From NCBI GenBank assembly GCA_022180565.1, contig BQML01000029.1, positions 18,174 to 82,173 on the forward strand: DNA of 64,000 nt. Direction: 5' to 3'. This document shows positions 49,339-59,606 of the stretch, in pieces (within the stretch, counting starts at the first letter, position 1; every line of letters starts with the position of its first letter). Position numbers and translations under genes: made by a program. Under the pieces are notes generated by a model. That model saw only the letters and a list, made by a program, of their open reading frames with translations. It was not told where the DNA came from and searched no databases. The DNA is from Bacteroidia bacterium. GTDB taxonomy: Bacteria > Bacteroidota > Ignavibacteria > UBA10030.

Positions 49339-50609
49339 AGCGGATGATTTCGGGGATGATGCTTCTTCTCTGCATCGTGGTGACCGGCGCAAGGGCGCAG
49401 TCGAGGCTTCTCATCCCGATGGATGGGGTCCAGGGGAATCATCTGAAATCGTACGGCGTTGCCTTTTGGTTTCTGGAGCGCGGCGGTACTGTGGATTGGT
49501 TGCTGAATTATCGGGGGGGATCGTTTGTCATGGAGTACAGCGAAGTGCTCGCGCGGGAGTGCAGGATACGAGGGGTGCTTTTTGAAGCACTGGAGGGAGC
49601 GGCGGCGACACGGATCTATGCCGACGTGCAGAGGGAAGACAGCAACACCGATGTGGTCCGGCTGGAGAAGGCGCCCAGAATAGCCGTTTACGTTCCGCCG
49701 AACTTCAAACCGTGGGATGATGCCGTAACGCTCGCGCTGGAATACGCAGAGATTCCCTATACCAAAGTATGGGACGAGGACGTTCTTTCGGGAAAGATAA
49801 CGGAATACGATTGGCTCCATCTTCACCACGAGGACTTCACGGGGCAATACGGCAAATTCTATGCGAGTTACCGGAATGCCCAGTGGTACATTTCCCAACA
49901 ACTTCTGTACGAGCGGGAAGCTCACAGATTGGGATTCAAGAAGGTGTCTGAAGAGAAGAAAGCGGTTGCGCGGGCAATCAGGGATTACATAGGACAGGGG
50001 GGATTCATGTTTGCAATGTGTTCCGCGACGGACAGCTATGATGTCGCTCTTGCTGCGGAGGGGGTGGACATTTGTGACGTCATGTTCGATGGTGATCCGC
50101 CGGACAGGAACGCCCAGGAAGCTCTGGACTTCGGCAAGACTTTGGCGTTTGAGGGATTCACTCTCGATATGAATCCTTTGCGTTACGAGTATTCCGATAT
50201 CGATATTCCTTCGAGTGATCCGCCGCCCCTGCGGGATCCGAACACCGACTATTTTACTCTGTTCGAATTCTCTGCGAAGTATGATCCTGTACCGTCCATG
50301 TTGACACAGAACCATGTGAACATTGTGCGGGGTTTTATGGGCCAGACCACGGCGTTCCGAAAGAGCCTCATCAAACGAACGGTGGTGATCCTCGCAGAGA
50401 GGGAGGGAACGGAGGAAGTGAAATATCTGCACGGAAATTTCGGTCGGGGGACCTTTACGTGGTACGGAGGCCACGATCCCGAAGATTACCAGCATGCCGT
50501 CGGTGACCCGCCGACGGATCTGAATTTGTACAAAAACTCACCCGGGTACCGGCTGATCCTCAACAATATTCTCTTTCCCGCCGCAAAGAAGAAACAGCAG
50601 AAAACGTAG
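49335..50609 (+). CDS. Secreted hypothetical protein (possible class-I glutamine-amidotransferase-like fold with a Cys in a nucleophile-elbow-like context)
   Basis: Signal peptide; GGFMFAMCSAT resembles a nucleophile elbow; no confident family assignment. Confidence 0.45.
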   Translation: MKRMISGMMLLLCIVVTGARAQSRLLIPMDGVQGNHLKSYGVAFWFLERGGTVDWLLNYRGGSFVMEYSEVLARECRIRGVLFEALEGAAATRIYADVQREDSNTDVVRLEKAPRIAVYVPPNFKPWDDAVTLALEYAEIPYTKVWDEDVLSGKITEYDWLHLHHEDFTGQYGKFYASYRNAQWYISQQLLYEREAHRLGFKKVSEEKKAVARAIRDYIGQGGFMFAMCSATDSYDVALAAEGVDICDVMFDGDPPDRNAQEALDFGKTLAFEGFTLDMNPLRYEYSDIDIPSSDPPPLRDPNTDYFTLFEFSAKYDPVPSMLTQNHVNIVRGFMGQTTAFRKSLIKRTVVILAEREGTEEVKYLHGNFGRGTFTWYGGHDPEDYQHAVGDPPTDLNLYKNSPGYRLILNNILFPAAKKKQQKT

Positions 50610-50637
50610 CGAAGGCAGACTCGCCTTGCAATGGAAA

Positions 50638-50683
50638 GGGCCGGCCCTTGAAGGAGGAAGAGGACCGGCCCTTTTTTGTTTCT
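50638..50683. terminator. Bidirectional terminator between convergent genes
   Basis: GGGCCGG ... CCGGCCC stem followed by TTTTTTGTTTCTC on the plus strand; a weaker T-tract on the minus side. Confidence 0.45.
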
Positions 50684-50695
50684 CTGTTAAGGTGT

Positions 50696-51739
50696 CTACA
50701 ATCCGAGCTTGATGCCGAACACGTGATTATCGTCGAAGAACTCTGTGGCTTGGTAGCCATAGTCCACGGCGATGTTCATGGTCGGACTCAGATTAAACTT
50801 GACACCTGCGCCTACCGTGAACGTGTACATCGCTTCCTCCGTCGGTAGGTCCGGAGAGAGCGAATAACCGCCTCGCACGAACAGCGTGTTGTCGTACGAC
50901 CATTCTCCGCCGATTCTGAAATCATCGTAGGAAAAGTTGTTGTGGACGAAGGTTCCGGTAAGGACAAGACTCGATTGTGCCATCAGGGATATCTCATAGG
51001 ATGTCCCGAATTCGAGGGTTGACGGCAGGTCGAACTCCTGTGCGGTGATCCGCAAGGGCCGGGGCTGTGATCCCGGCTCGGTGCCGGGAATTTGTACGGT
51101 CTGTTCCAGGTCCGGTCCATCGAACCGCATGTTCGGCCCGAGGTTCTTCATGGCCACACCGAACTTGAACCCGCGCAAGCCCGTCTGATACTGCAGACCG
51201 AAATCAAATGCGATGCCCGTTGCGCTTTCTCTCATGATGGTTTCCGACACCACTTTGAGGTTGAGTCCAAAAGCAATACGGTCGGTCATCATTTTGGAAA
51301 AATTCAGCGCGAGCGTGATGTAGTTCGGCGAGTAGGTCTCACCTGTCCCGTCGGGATAGGCGGTCGTCGTAATGGGGATGTCTCCGAAGTTGAGCGTTTG
51401 AATGCTGAATCCCAACGTGCCGAATTCGCCCAGTCTTGCAGCGACCGCGGCATATTCAACGCTCACATCAGCCATATAGTTCATGTGCGTGAACATTGCC
51501 TCCGCAGAGCCCGGGAGAATGGCCACGCCGGCAGGATTCCAATACATAGCCTCCACGCCCTGGATTCCAGAGGTGTAGGAACCCGAGAGCCCGATGCCGC
51601 GGGCACCGAGCGGAATCAACAACTCCTGTGCACCCGAGGTCCCTTTCCGCCTTCCGGTTCCCGCCTCAACGACAGCCACACTGCCGGCCAGCACGCTGAG
51701 GAGGAGCGCCCAGACCGTTGTCCGAGAGATTGTTTTCAT
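50696..51739 (-). CDS. PorV/PorQ-like outer-membrane beta-barrel protein (T9SS-associated, FadL-like)
   Basis: Signal peptide; N-terminal ...ARGIGLSGSYTSGIQGVEAMYWNPAGVAIL resembles the PorV N-terminal motif (AR.GGMG...YWNPA); beta-strand-rich; C-terminal GIKLGL. Confidence 0.5.
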   Translation of the reverse strand: MKTISRTTVWALLLSVLAGSVAVVEAGTGRRKGTSGAQELLIPLGARGIGLSGSYTSGIQGVEAMYWNPAGVAILPGSAEAMFTHMNYMADVSVEYAAVAARLGEFGTLGFSIQTLNFGDIPITTTAYPDGTGETYSPNYITLALNFSKMMTDRIAFGLNLKVVSETIMRESATGIAFDFGLQYQTGLRGFKFGVAMKNLGPNMRFDGPDLEQTVQIPGTEPGSQPRPLRITAQEFDLPSTLEFGTSYEISLMAQSSLVLTGTFVHNNFSYDDFRIGGEWSYDNTLFVRGGYSLSPDLPTEEAMYTFTVGAGVKFNLSPTMNIAVDYGYQATEFFDDNHVFGIKLGL

Positions 51740-51819
51740 GATACACTCCTTAGGATTTTCTTTCGTGTCATGGCAAAACGTTCGAGAGGCCGGAGCCAGG
51801 AGCCTCCGGCCGCACGATC

Positions 51820-54800
51820 TTAAAGTCGATCCAACCGCTCCTCGGGCTGGATCACCCCGAGTTTCAGGATCTTGGTTCCGACATCTTTGATGTCTACTTC
51901 GATCAGGTACATGCCGCTGGCAACCGGAATGCCGTCTGTGTTGCGTAAGTCCCAGCGCTCGAAGGTCGAGCCGGGGGAGTGCTCGAGCTGACGCACAAGC
52001 ACACCGGAGACCGTAAAGATCCGAATGACCACCCTCCCTTGTTCCGGGAGGCGAGAGAACGTGACAAACCGATTCAGCGGATCGCGTTCGTTTACCTGAG
52101 CTCCGAAGTATGGATTCGGGAACACATTGATCTTCGCAACGTCGGACTTTGCCAGCTCTGGACTGACGGTAGGTTGGTAACCTGCTGTTGTGAATGTGAA
52201 CCGGTCGTTCTCAGTGTTCACAAAATTCGGGACAATCGTGAACACCTGGCCGTCTTGGGGATTGAACGGCATCGTTCCACGCTGCAGGGGCCACAGCGCG
52301 TATAACGTCGGCATGGTCGCAGCTCCCGAAAGGGCGTTCACACCCGTATAGAGGGCATCCGGCGTCGCAGTGTAATCCGTATTGAAGATGAACAGGTACT
52401 CCCGGTCTGCACTGCTTGCCGTGGGCTGCCAGAGATTATTGTTGGCCGCCGAGCCCGCTTGCTCAACATAACCGGCCGCCAACTGGCGTTCAGGATTGGA
52501 GGTGACATCCCAAACGGAGAAATGCTGAAGTTCGTAACTGACATATCCGTAACTGGGTGTTCCTCCGCGGAGGTACATGTACGCCCGCTGTCCGTCGGCA
52601 ACGTTGGTATGAAAGCGGATCTCCACGGTCACGTATTGAGCCGGTGTGATGCTGCTGCCGAAGAAGTTGACGCCAAGATCGAGTCCGCCGAAGAATTCGT
52701 GCCCTCCCCAGTTGACCCCGGTGAACCATCGGTCGCCGGCCGGCTCGAAGGACCACTCCTTGATAGCAAGCGGAGGACCGGCAACCTTCATCTGCAATCC
52801 GTCAACAAAAGGAGCCGTTCCATCCCCGGCCTGAGTCATGTTCACCAGTCTATTCGAGTTTGTTGTGAGGTCCTTCAGCGTCCATTTGTAGTCATCATCA
52901 ACCGCGCTGTAGGCAAAGGTGACTTCGTAGTCGTGTCCGGTCACTCTGGTCGGATCAACGACAATGGGTGTCACGGTACCGTCGCTCAATCCGGCGGCGT
53001 GAATCGCACGGATGGTGTCGCCCACCGCCGCGTTCCATCGTGTGCCCGGCGGAGGCGCGTGCGGACGAACGGTAATAATTGATCGGGAGCTCTCCAGCAT
53101 GTGAGGGACACCCCATTCGTTGTACGCGTAGGATGTTATGATGAAGTAATAGGGATTTCCGTTGACCAGCGGAAGTCCCGAGAGGGCATCCATTTTCGTG
53201 GAGTACTTCCTCTGTAACCCGGAGTTGGTTCCCTTAACAACAGTGACTTCGACATTCTCACCGTAGTTTGGGTCGTACTTGAAGTCCTTGATCGCCAGAA
53301 CCATGTTGTCCAGATCATACGTCGCCAACGTTCGATAGATCGTGGGAGCCGTCGGGTGATCAACCTGATAGACGACATAACCCTCAAAAACATACTGGGT
53401 CGTATTTCCAGATGTATCCTTTTTGATCAGGTCCTGAGCAACGTAACTCTCGGCGTTGTCTTCCCAGGCAAAGGATACTTCCCCGTCGAGCTCCGTCACC
53501 GTGACGTTCGGTGCCGGAGGAGACGGGGGCAGGGCGAAGTTAACGTCGTAAGCCGTCTGCGCCATGGCATCGATTTCCTTCAGCACGGCAACACTGTTCT
53601 TGTTATTTGCGCCGAGGGCAATCAACACACCGAACACAACTTCCTGAGTGTCACCTGGATTGAACGTAAACGGACCGGAAGACATCAAGAATCGCCTGTC
53701 GCCGGGTGAAAGAATCGTTGGATTGATTTCACTCCAACCTGATCCGGCGACCGGATCGCCCGGGAACACGAACCGTGTTGGTTGTGAAGTCATCGGATTG
53801 ATGAACGGAGAACCATCCTGATACCGCCCGGTCATGTAGTTGAAGGCCTCTTGAGCATTCTCAGGATCACGCCGGGGATAGGTTGCACCGTTGATATAGT
53901 AGGCAAACGAGTACATCGGCAGATTCTTGTAGCCCGGAATGCGGCGACCGGATACAAGGGCGGTGTCTCCAGGCGAAGGGACAATGGGACCCTGAAAGAA
54001 ATCACGACCAATGGCGGGAGGCTGTGTGCCGTAATACCCCACGTCATTGTTGTCCGCGTTCCAGCAGTACCCGAGACTCAGCGTCGTGTCACAGCCGACG
54101 TAATCGTCTCCCGCGTCGCCAAGATCCGGATCATCCCACAAAGCGATGAACGTGGAATCGATCGTCGCCGTGCCTTTGTGAATGATCTTGGCCTTGATGA
54201 ACATCATGTCGCCAAAGGCATCCGGCCGATCATATCCCCAAACCGTGAGCTGGACTTCGATCCCAAGGGGCTGGGTTCCGAAGATGTTCGCGTGGCGCGC
54301 TCCATCCATGTCGTTGAAGACACACCACATGGTCATATCGCCCATCAACAGTGGATTTCCGAGGGAATCTACAGGTGCGCCGTCGCCTACGGGCCAGTTC
54401 TGATAATCGTCGCCGGGCGTGATAAGGTCTGCCCGTGTGATCTTATACCACCGATAGTGGGGCTTTGTGGCGTCATCTGCCACGCCACCCACGATCTTGC
54501 CCGGGGTGAACTCCGAGGCATACTCCGCTGCCGCGGTCCTGAATTCGTTACCGACCTTGCCGGCTACCCAGACGCCTGCAGCATAATCAATGGTTTTGAA
54601 TGTGCCCTTGGGCCATTCCATGCCGGAATTTCCGGTCACAACCTGGGATACATATTGACCATCGTTACCCATGATCGCGTTGATGCGATTCCCGTCGAAG
54701 TTCTTGTATTCGAGAACGCCCGTTTTTTCAAGCCGCGTCACAGGCTTCTTGTCTTTTCGGTCGCCGCCGTCGGCGATTGTCAGACCAATCCCAAGGAACA

Positions 54801-54846
54801 GGATGACCGCCATCGCCAGCCGGCTTCGATTCAAGATTGTTTTCAT
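51820..54846 (-). CDS. Large secreted protein with T9SS type-A C-terminal sorting domain (function unknown)
   Basis: 1008 aa; signal peptide; C-terminal ~80 aa (INVFPNPYF...VIRIFTVSGVLVRQL...GMYLIEVDIKD...KLGVIQ) matches the Por secretion CTD. Confidence 0.75.
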   Translation of the reverse strand: MKTILNRSRLAMAVILFLGIGLTIADGGDRKDKKPVTRLEKTGVLEYKNFDGNRINAIMGNDGQYVSQVVTGNSGMEWPKGTFKTIDYAAGVWVAGKVGNEFRTAAAEYASEFTPGKIVGGVADDATKPHYRWYKITRADLITPGDDYQNWPVGDGAPVDSLGNPLLMGDMTMWCVFNDMDGARHANIFGTQPLGIEVQLTVWGYDRPDAFGDMMFIKAKIIHKGTATIDSTFIALWDDPDLGDAGDDYVGCDTTLSLGYCWNADNNDVGYYGTQPPAIGRDFFQGPIVPSPGDTALVSGRRIPGYKNLPMYSFAYYINGATYPRRDPENAQEAFNYMTGRYQDGSPFINPMTSQPTRFVFPGDPVAGSGWSEINPTILSPGDRRFLMSSGPFTFNPGDTQEVVFGVLIALGANNKNSVAVLKEIDAMAQTAYDVNFALPPSPPAPNVTVTELDGEVSFAWEDNAESYVAQDLIKKDTSGNTTQYVFEGYVVYQVDHPTAPTIYRTLATYDLDNMVLAIKDFKYDPNYGENVEVTVVKGTNSGLQRKYSTKMDALSGLPLVNGNPYYFIITSYAYNEWGVPHMLESSRSIITVRPHAPPPGTRWNAAVGDTIRAIHAAGLSDGTVTPIVVDPTRVTGHDYEVTFAYSAVDDDYKWTLKDLTTNSNRLVNMTQAGDGTAPFVDGLQMKVAGPPLAIKEWSFEPAGDRWFTGVNWGGHEFFGGLDLGVNFFGSSITPAQYVTVEIRFHTNVADGQRAYMYLRGGTPSYGYVSYELQHFSVWDVTSNPERQLAAGYVEQAGSAANNNLWQPTASSADREYLFIFNTDYTATPDALYTGVNALSGAATMPTLYALWPLQRGTMPFNPQDGQVFTIVPNFVNTENDRFTFTTAGYQPTVSPELAKSDVAKINVFPNPYFGAQVNERDPLNRFVTFSRLPEQGRVVIRIFTVSGVLVRQLEHSPGSTFERWDLRNTDGIPVASGMYLIEVDIKDVGTKILKLGVIQPEERLDRL

Positions 54847-54895
54847 TGTGAAATCTCCTCAGCGAATCAAGAAATTGACCATATTCAAAAGCCGG

Positions 54896-57727
54896 TTAAA
54901 AATCCACGCGCACTCCAAGACGCGTTTGACGCGGCGTTCCATAGTTGCCTGGGGCGGCAAGCCTGTACCGATATCCATCAACCGCCGCCTGACCGTTCTC
55001 CGCCGCATACGCCTGCCCGTCTGTCGTACGGAAATACCCGTCGTCGTTCGGTAGCCCCGTCTGGTTGTACACAAAGGTCACGTTCTTGGCATTCGTGACA
55101 TTGAGCATCCACAAATAAACATTGACCGTGGCTGGTCCCACCGAGAAGGTCTTATCGACCTTGAGGTCAAGTTGGAAGTTCCACGGTGAATATGTCTGAT
55201 TCATGGCCGCAACAGGTTGTTCCCATCCCGGTCCGAAGAGGACCGTGCTTGGGCGGGCCGGCGTGTATGGACGGCCACTGCCGAAGGTCAGCAACAGGTT
55301 GACGCCGACCTGCTCTAGGGGCTTCATGTCGTACAGGATGGGCCCGTCGCCGGCCTCGGTGCGGAAATCGACGTTCACGCTCCCCGTGTGCCGCTGATCG
55401 AAATCAAGGGGTGAGACAAAGGTCGGGAAGTTCGTGCCAAGCCATGCAATATTGAAATTTGTATTGGCTCCCGATCCGGTTCCGGATGCATATTGAAGCG
55501 TGTAATTCACCATCGCCGAAACACGGTTTGTTCGGCGCAAATTGAATGAGAAAGAAAGTCCCTTAACCGTCCCAAAATCACCGTTCGTATACTGGGCATA
55601 CGCAACCGGTTTCGCAAACACGTTGCGCAACTGGACCAGGTCACGGATGTCCTTGTAGTACGTCGTAATGTCGAGGCTGGCATTGGGGCCGATTTGCTGG
55701 CTAAAACCAACCTCATAGGTGATGGTTCTTTCCGGTTTCAGGCTTGGGTTACCCACCGTGACATAGTTTCCAGCAGTCAGCTCCTGGACCAGCCTCGTTG
55801 TGCTCGTGTACAGCCTGTTCAATTCGACATGCTGAATGAAATGGCCGTACTGAGCATGGAAGACGGTCTGGTCGGTGACAGGGAAGGAGAACCCGAGCCG
55901 GGGGCTGAAGGATGTCGTTGCTTCACCCGGTTCGAAGTTGTCCTCCGCGATCATCTGATAATTACCGGAGGGATGAGATACAATATGAATGTTGGTCGGG
56001 TCTTTGATCCTGTCCACATTCGCATTAATGTAATCCCATCGCAAACCGATGTTCAGAACGAGATCGGGAAGTTCCAGCTTATTCTGGGCATAGATGGCCG
56101 CGATGATCGGATGAGGCGCGCTGTTCCGGCTGCCGTCATCGAGGAAGGTCTTCTTGCCCTTTGCTACCCCATCCACCGTCAACCCGAGATTGGCTGTGTA
56201 CGAATTTCGAAGAAGCTCCTCGCGCGTGAAAGAAGGACTGGCGGCCTTTGCGAGCGCGAACCGCGCCGGAAGCGTGGACCAGTATCGAATTGTATTGTAC
56301 CGGTATTCGCCTCCGACCTTAAGCAGATTCGAACGATCGAGCTGATGGGTCAGATCAACCTTCACGCTCCAGTATGAGGAGCGGTTGTATTCGTACGCAA
56401 AATTGACGTACCCGGGACCCGCAAAGAGGTTTGCAAACCTGTTCGGAGGATTGCGGCCCGGCCCGCTGAGGACCGGGTTCTTCACGGGGTCCCCATACGA
56501 ATCAATGTCATCAAACCAGACCGGATCGCCCTGCTCATGCTCCGTTTGGAAAAAGCTCAGCATAACGGAATAGAAAGTCGAAGCTCCAAGCGTGTGAGTT
56601 CCTCTCAGATAATATGCATGAGTTGAGCGCTCGCGTTTCAGGTTCCGTTCGGAATTGAACACCGAATGATACTGATTGGGAATCCGGTCGTTGGTGAAGC
56701 TTGTGAAGCCCCCGAGGCGGAGATTGAACGGCTTGATGTCCCAAATCAGATTCGAATTGAGTGTCAAGATCTTCGAGGTGTTATTCGGAAGATAGAATTT
56801 GCGCCCGACACTTGGATTCCCGTCGAGGGCATACGTGTATTCCGTCCCCACATGAAAACGAAGAGCAGATCCGACGCCGGGAAAGGGCCCGCCGGCTGAC
56901 AAATGGAAGGTGGATGTTCCATAGGAGCGGAATCCGTGAGGAGCCTGCAAACCGTCGCGGACAAACTGAAGCGAATCCTTAGGAGCCGCACGCTTGTAGA
57001 ACATCTCATCGGAAATCACACCGACCGAGAATGTGTAGCGCTCGGTGCCGCCCTTGGTCGTCGCGCTGACAAGCCCGGCATTCGCGAACCCATACTCAGC
57101 ACTGAATCCCCCCGCCTGATACGTGACCTCTTCTATGGATTCATTGACCACAGCCCCTGCATTGGTGCTGTTGTACGGATTGTTGACGATCATGCCATCG
57201 ATGAAATAGGCAACTTCATCCGAACGGCCTCCGCGCACGTAGAGATTGTTCCCAAGCTTGACGATGCCGGGCTGGAGGGCGACAACGTCAAGGTATCCGC
57301 GGGTGGGGATGTTCTTGATTTCCTCCGAGCGGATCGTCATGATCGCATTCGTCGCGCTCTTGCTGACAAGAGGACGCTCGGCCACGATCTCGACTTCAGG
57401 CACGGCAATCGCTTCGCTCGAGAGTTCTGCATTGACCTCGGTTGTCAATTCCGACGTGACAATGACGTTGGAGACCGTCAGAGTTTGATAACCGATGTAG
57501 CTGAACCGGAGGGTGTAACTTCCAGGACGAACATCCAGAATGTAGTAATTGCCCTCAATGTCCGTGGCGGAACCTTGTGTTGAGCCCGCGATGATCACGT
57601 TGGCGCCAATGAGGGGTTCTCCCGACTGGGAGTCCGTGACCTTGCCGGCGATCTTTCCCGGGCCTTGCGCAACGAGCAGGGAGGAGGAGATGAAGACAAG
57701 GCACAAAACTGAAAGGAAATATTTCAT
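54896..57727 (-). CDS. TonB-dependent receptor with N-terminal carboxypeptidase-regulatory-like domain
   Basis: Signal peptide MKYFLSVLCLVFISSSLLVAQG; CarbopepD_reg-like (KIAGKVTD...GANVII...TDIEGNYYI); plug region; long beta-barrel; C-terminal ...RLGVRVDF. Start at ATG 57727 rather than the tracked 57811. Confidence 0.85.
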   Translation of the reverse strand: MKYFLSVLCLVFISSSLLVAQGPGKIAGKVTDSQSGEPLIGANVIIAGSTQGSATDIEGNYYILDVRPGSYTLRFSYIGYQTLTVSNVIVTSELTTEVNAELSSEAIAVPEVEIVAERPLVSKSATNAIMTIRSEEIKNIPTRGYLDVVALQPGIVKLGNNLYVRGGRSDEVAYFIDGMIVNNPYNSTNAGAVVNESIEEVTYQAGGFSAEYGFANAGLVSATTKGGTERYTFSVGVISDEMFYKRAAPKDSLQFVRDGLQAPHGFRSYGTSTFHLSAGGPFPGVGSALRFHVGTEYTYALDGNPSVGRKFYLPNNTSKILTLNSNLIWDIKPFNLRLGGFTSFTNDRIPNQYHSVFNSERNLKRERSTHAYYLRGTHTLGASTFYSVMLSFFQTEHEQGDPVWFDDIDSYGDPVKNPVLSGPGRNPPNRFANLFAGPGYVNFAYEYNRSSYWSVKVDLTHQLDRSNLLKVGGEYRYNTIRYWSTLPARFALAKAASPSFTREELLRNSYTANLGLTVDGVAKGKKTFLDDGSRNSAPHPIIAAIYAQNKLELPDLVLNIGLRWDYINANVDRIKDPTNIHIVSHPSGNYQMIAEDNFEPGEATTSFSPRLGFSFPVTDQTVFHAQYGHFIQHVELNRLYTSTTRLVQELTAGNYVTVGNPSLKPERTITYEVGFSQQIGPNASLDITTYYKDIRDLVQLRNVFAKPVAYAQYTNGDFGTVKGLSFSFNLRRTNRVSAMVNYTLQYASGTGSGANTNFNIAWLGTNFPTFVSPLDFDQRHTGSVNVDFRTEAGDGPILYDMKPLEQVGVNLLLTFGSGRPYTPARPSTVLFGPGWEQPVAAMNQTYSPWNFQLDLKVDKTFSVGPATVNVYLWMLNVTNAKNVTFVYNQTGLPNDDGYFRTTDGQAYAAENGQAAVDGYRYRLAAPGNYGTPRQTRLGVRVDF

Positions 57728-58244
57728 GACAAAATCCTTTCTTCTGAGTTGAACAACAAACCTGTCTGTGATGAAACCATGGCTCATCGGTAGAGGGAGT
57801 GTCGTGGGCAATCAGGAATGAATCTGAAAACCTCGACGAACCACCATGTGTCGTGCGGGTCAAACTCCACAAAAATTGTGCCTTTGAGGGATAAGTGATT
57901 TCGCCGGTGAAAGCGCAATCTCTCTTTAGGTTGCGCGATCATTTTTCTTGTTTCAGGAATCCGAAAGCCAAAAGGAAGATCCTCCAGGGAAAATGAAAAT
58001 GCCGCCCGCGGTGTGACAAGGGAACATCATCAAGTGATGAACGGCGGAGGGACTACTCAAGAGAGACCACAGTGTAGAGAAAATGGTCAACCATGAGATC
58101 CAGGATGATGAAAAAATCTACCTTCCTGATCTTGCAAATGCGCGGGATAAGCTGTTCTCAAAAGACGGAAAGCCACGAGCTTTACTTTTCACGAACTAAT
58201 CTGTATTCTGAACCGGATTTGAACAAATTCTCGGAGAAGAATGT

Positions 58245-59606
58245 ATGAAAAGCTGGCCCCTGGCGTTCTTGATTCCCCTCTTTGTCCTTTCGGCCCAGGA
58301 CAGCGGTTTGACGGTACCCTACGAAATGTTCAGGCTGAACAATGGGCTGACGGTTATTCTGCATGAGGACCATACAGTTCCCCGCGTAGCCGTCAACATG
58401 TGGTACCATGTCGGATCGGGACATGAAAAGCCCGGACGGACAGGTTTTGCCCATCTGTTTGAACATATCATGTTTGAAGGATCGGCCAATGTGCCTGAAG
58501 GCATGTTCGACGTGTGGCTCGAAGCGGCGGGAGGAGACAACAACGGATCAACCACGACAGACCGCACGAACTACTATGAGAACCTTCCGAGCAACGCGCT
58601 CGAACTGGCCCTGTTTCTTGAATCCGACCGGATGGGCTATCTGCTCGACGCCATGTCTCCGGCAAAGGTGGATGGACAGAGAGATGTCGTCAAGAACGAA
58701 CGGCGCCAGCGTTACGAAAATCAGCCCTACGGCATGGTATGGATCGTCATGGCAAGATCTCTGTATCCTGAGAACCACCCCTATTCATGGCCGACGATCG
58801 GATCCATGGAAGATCTCTCGGCGGCAAGCTACGAAGATGTGGTTGAGTTCTTCAAGAAGTATTATGTTCCAAACAACGCCAGTCTTGTCGTGGCGGGAGA
58901 TATTGATCCGAAAACAACCCGGGCCCTGGTGGAAAAATGGTTTAACGAGATACCTCGGGGAAAGCCGACCGAACCACTTGATCCCCCCGCGACATTTCTC
59001 GCATCGGAGAAACGCTTGCTCATGGAGGATCGCGTCCAGCTTCCGCGGCTCACGATGGCATGGCTGACGCCGCCGGCGTACCATCCCGGGGATGCGGAAA
59101 TGGACCTTGCGGCTCATATCCTCGCCGGTGGAAAAAATTCCCGGTTGTACAAGCGCCTCGTTTACGACATGCAGATTGCGCAGGACGTATCGGCCTTTCA
59201 GTGGTCCGCAGCTCTCGCATCGTCTTTCTGGATCGTCGCAACCGCGCGTGAAGGACATACCCTGGCAGAAATCGAGGCGGTGATTCAGGAGGAAATCGAC
59301 AAGCTAAAGACGGAACAACCCGCAACCCGGGAACTTCAGAGGGCGGTGAACCAGTTTGAGGCGGGGTTTCTTGACGGTCTTGAGACTTCGTCGAGAAAGG
59401 CGGATCAACTGAACGCGTACTATGTCCGAACCGGAAATCCGGATTACTTCAACGAAGATCTGGCTCGCTATAAAGCCGTTGCCCCGCCCGATATTCGGGC
59501 AATGATTCAAACCTATCTACGGGATGAAGCGCGTGTGGTGCTGAGCATTGTTCCGACGGGTAAGAAGGAGCTTGCGGCCGCAAAAAGCACGGAGATAAAA
59601 CCATGA
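58245..59606 (+). CDS. M16-family zinc peptidase, catalytic subunit (HxxEH), paralog of 33362..34717
   Basis: Signal peptide; HLFEHIMFEGS; same architecture as the first pair. Confidence 0.85.
   Translation: MKSWPLAFLIPLFVLSAQDSGLTVPYEMFRLNNGLTVILHEDHTVPRVAVNMWYHVGSGHEKPGRTGFAHLFEHIMFEGSANVPEGMFDVWLEAAGGDNNGSTTTDRTNYYENLPSNALELALFLESDRMGYLLDAMSPAKVDGQRDVVKNERRQRYENQPYGMVWIVMARSLYPENHPYSWPTIGSMEDLSAASYEDVVEFFKKYYVPNNASLVVAGDIDPKTTRALVEKWFNEIPRGKPTEPLDPPATFLASEKRLLMEDRVQLPRLTMAWLTPPAYHPGDAEMDLAAHILAGGKNSRLYKRLVYDMQIAQDVSAFQWSAALASSFWIVATAREGHTLAEIEAVIQEEIDKLKTEQPATRELQRAVNQFEAGFLDGLETSSRKADQLNAYYVRTGNPDYFNEDLARYKAVAPPDIRAMIQTYLRDEARVVLSIVPTGKKELAAAKSTEIKP

Noticed and set aside
49206-50495. 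429-aa minus-strand ORF antisense to 49335..50609
   Set aside because: Antisense-like composition. The plus-strand frame has a signal peptide and sits in a co-directional, overlapping gene series.
53851-55098. 415-aa plus-strand ORF overlapping the T9SS cargo and TonB-receptor genes
   Set aside because: It spans the intergenic gap between two well-supported minus-strand genes, and its composition is antisense-like.
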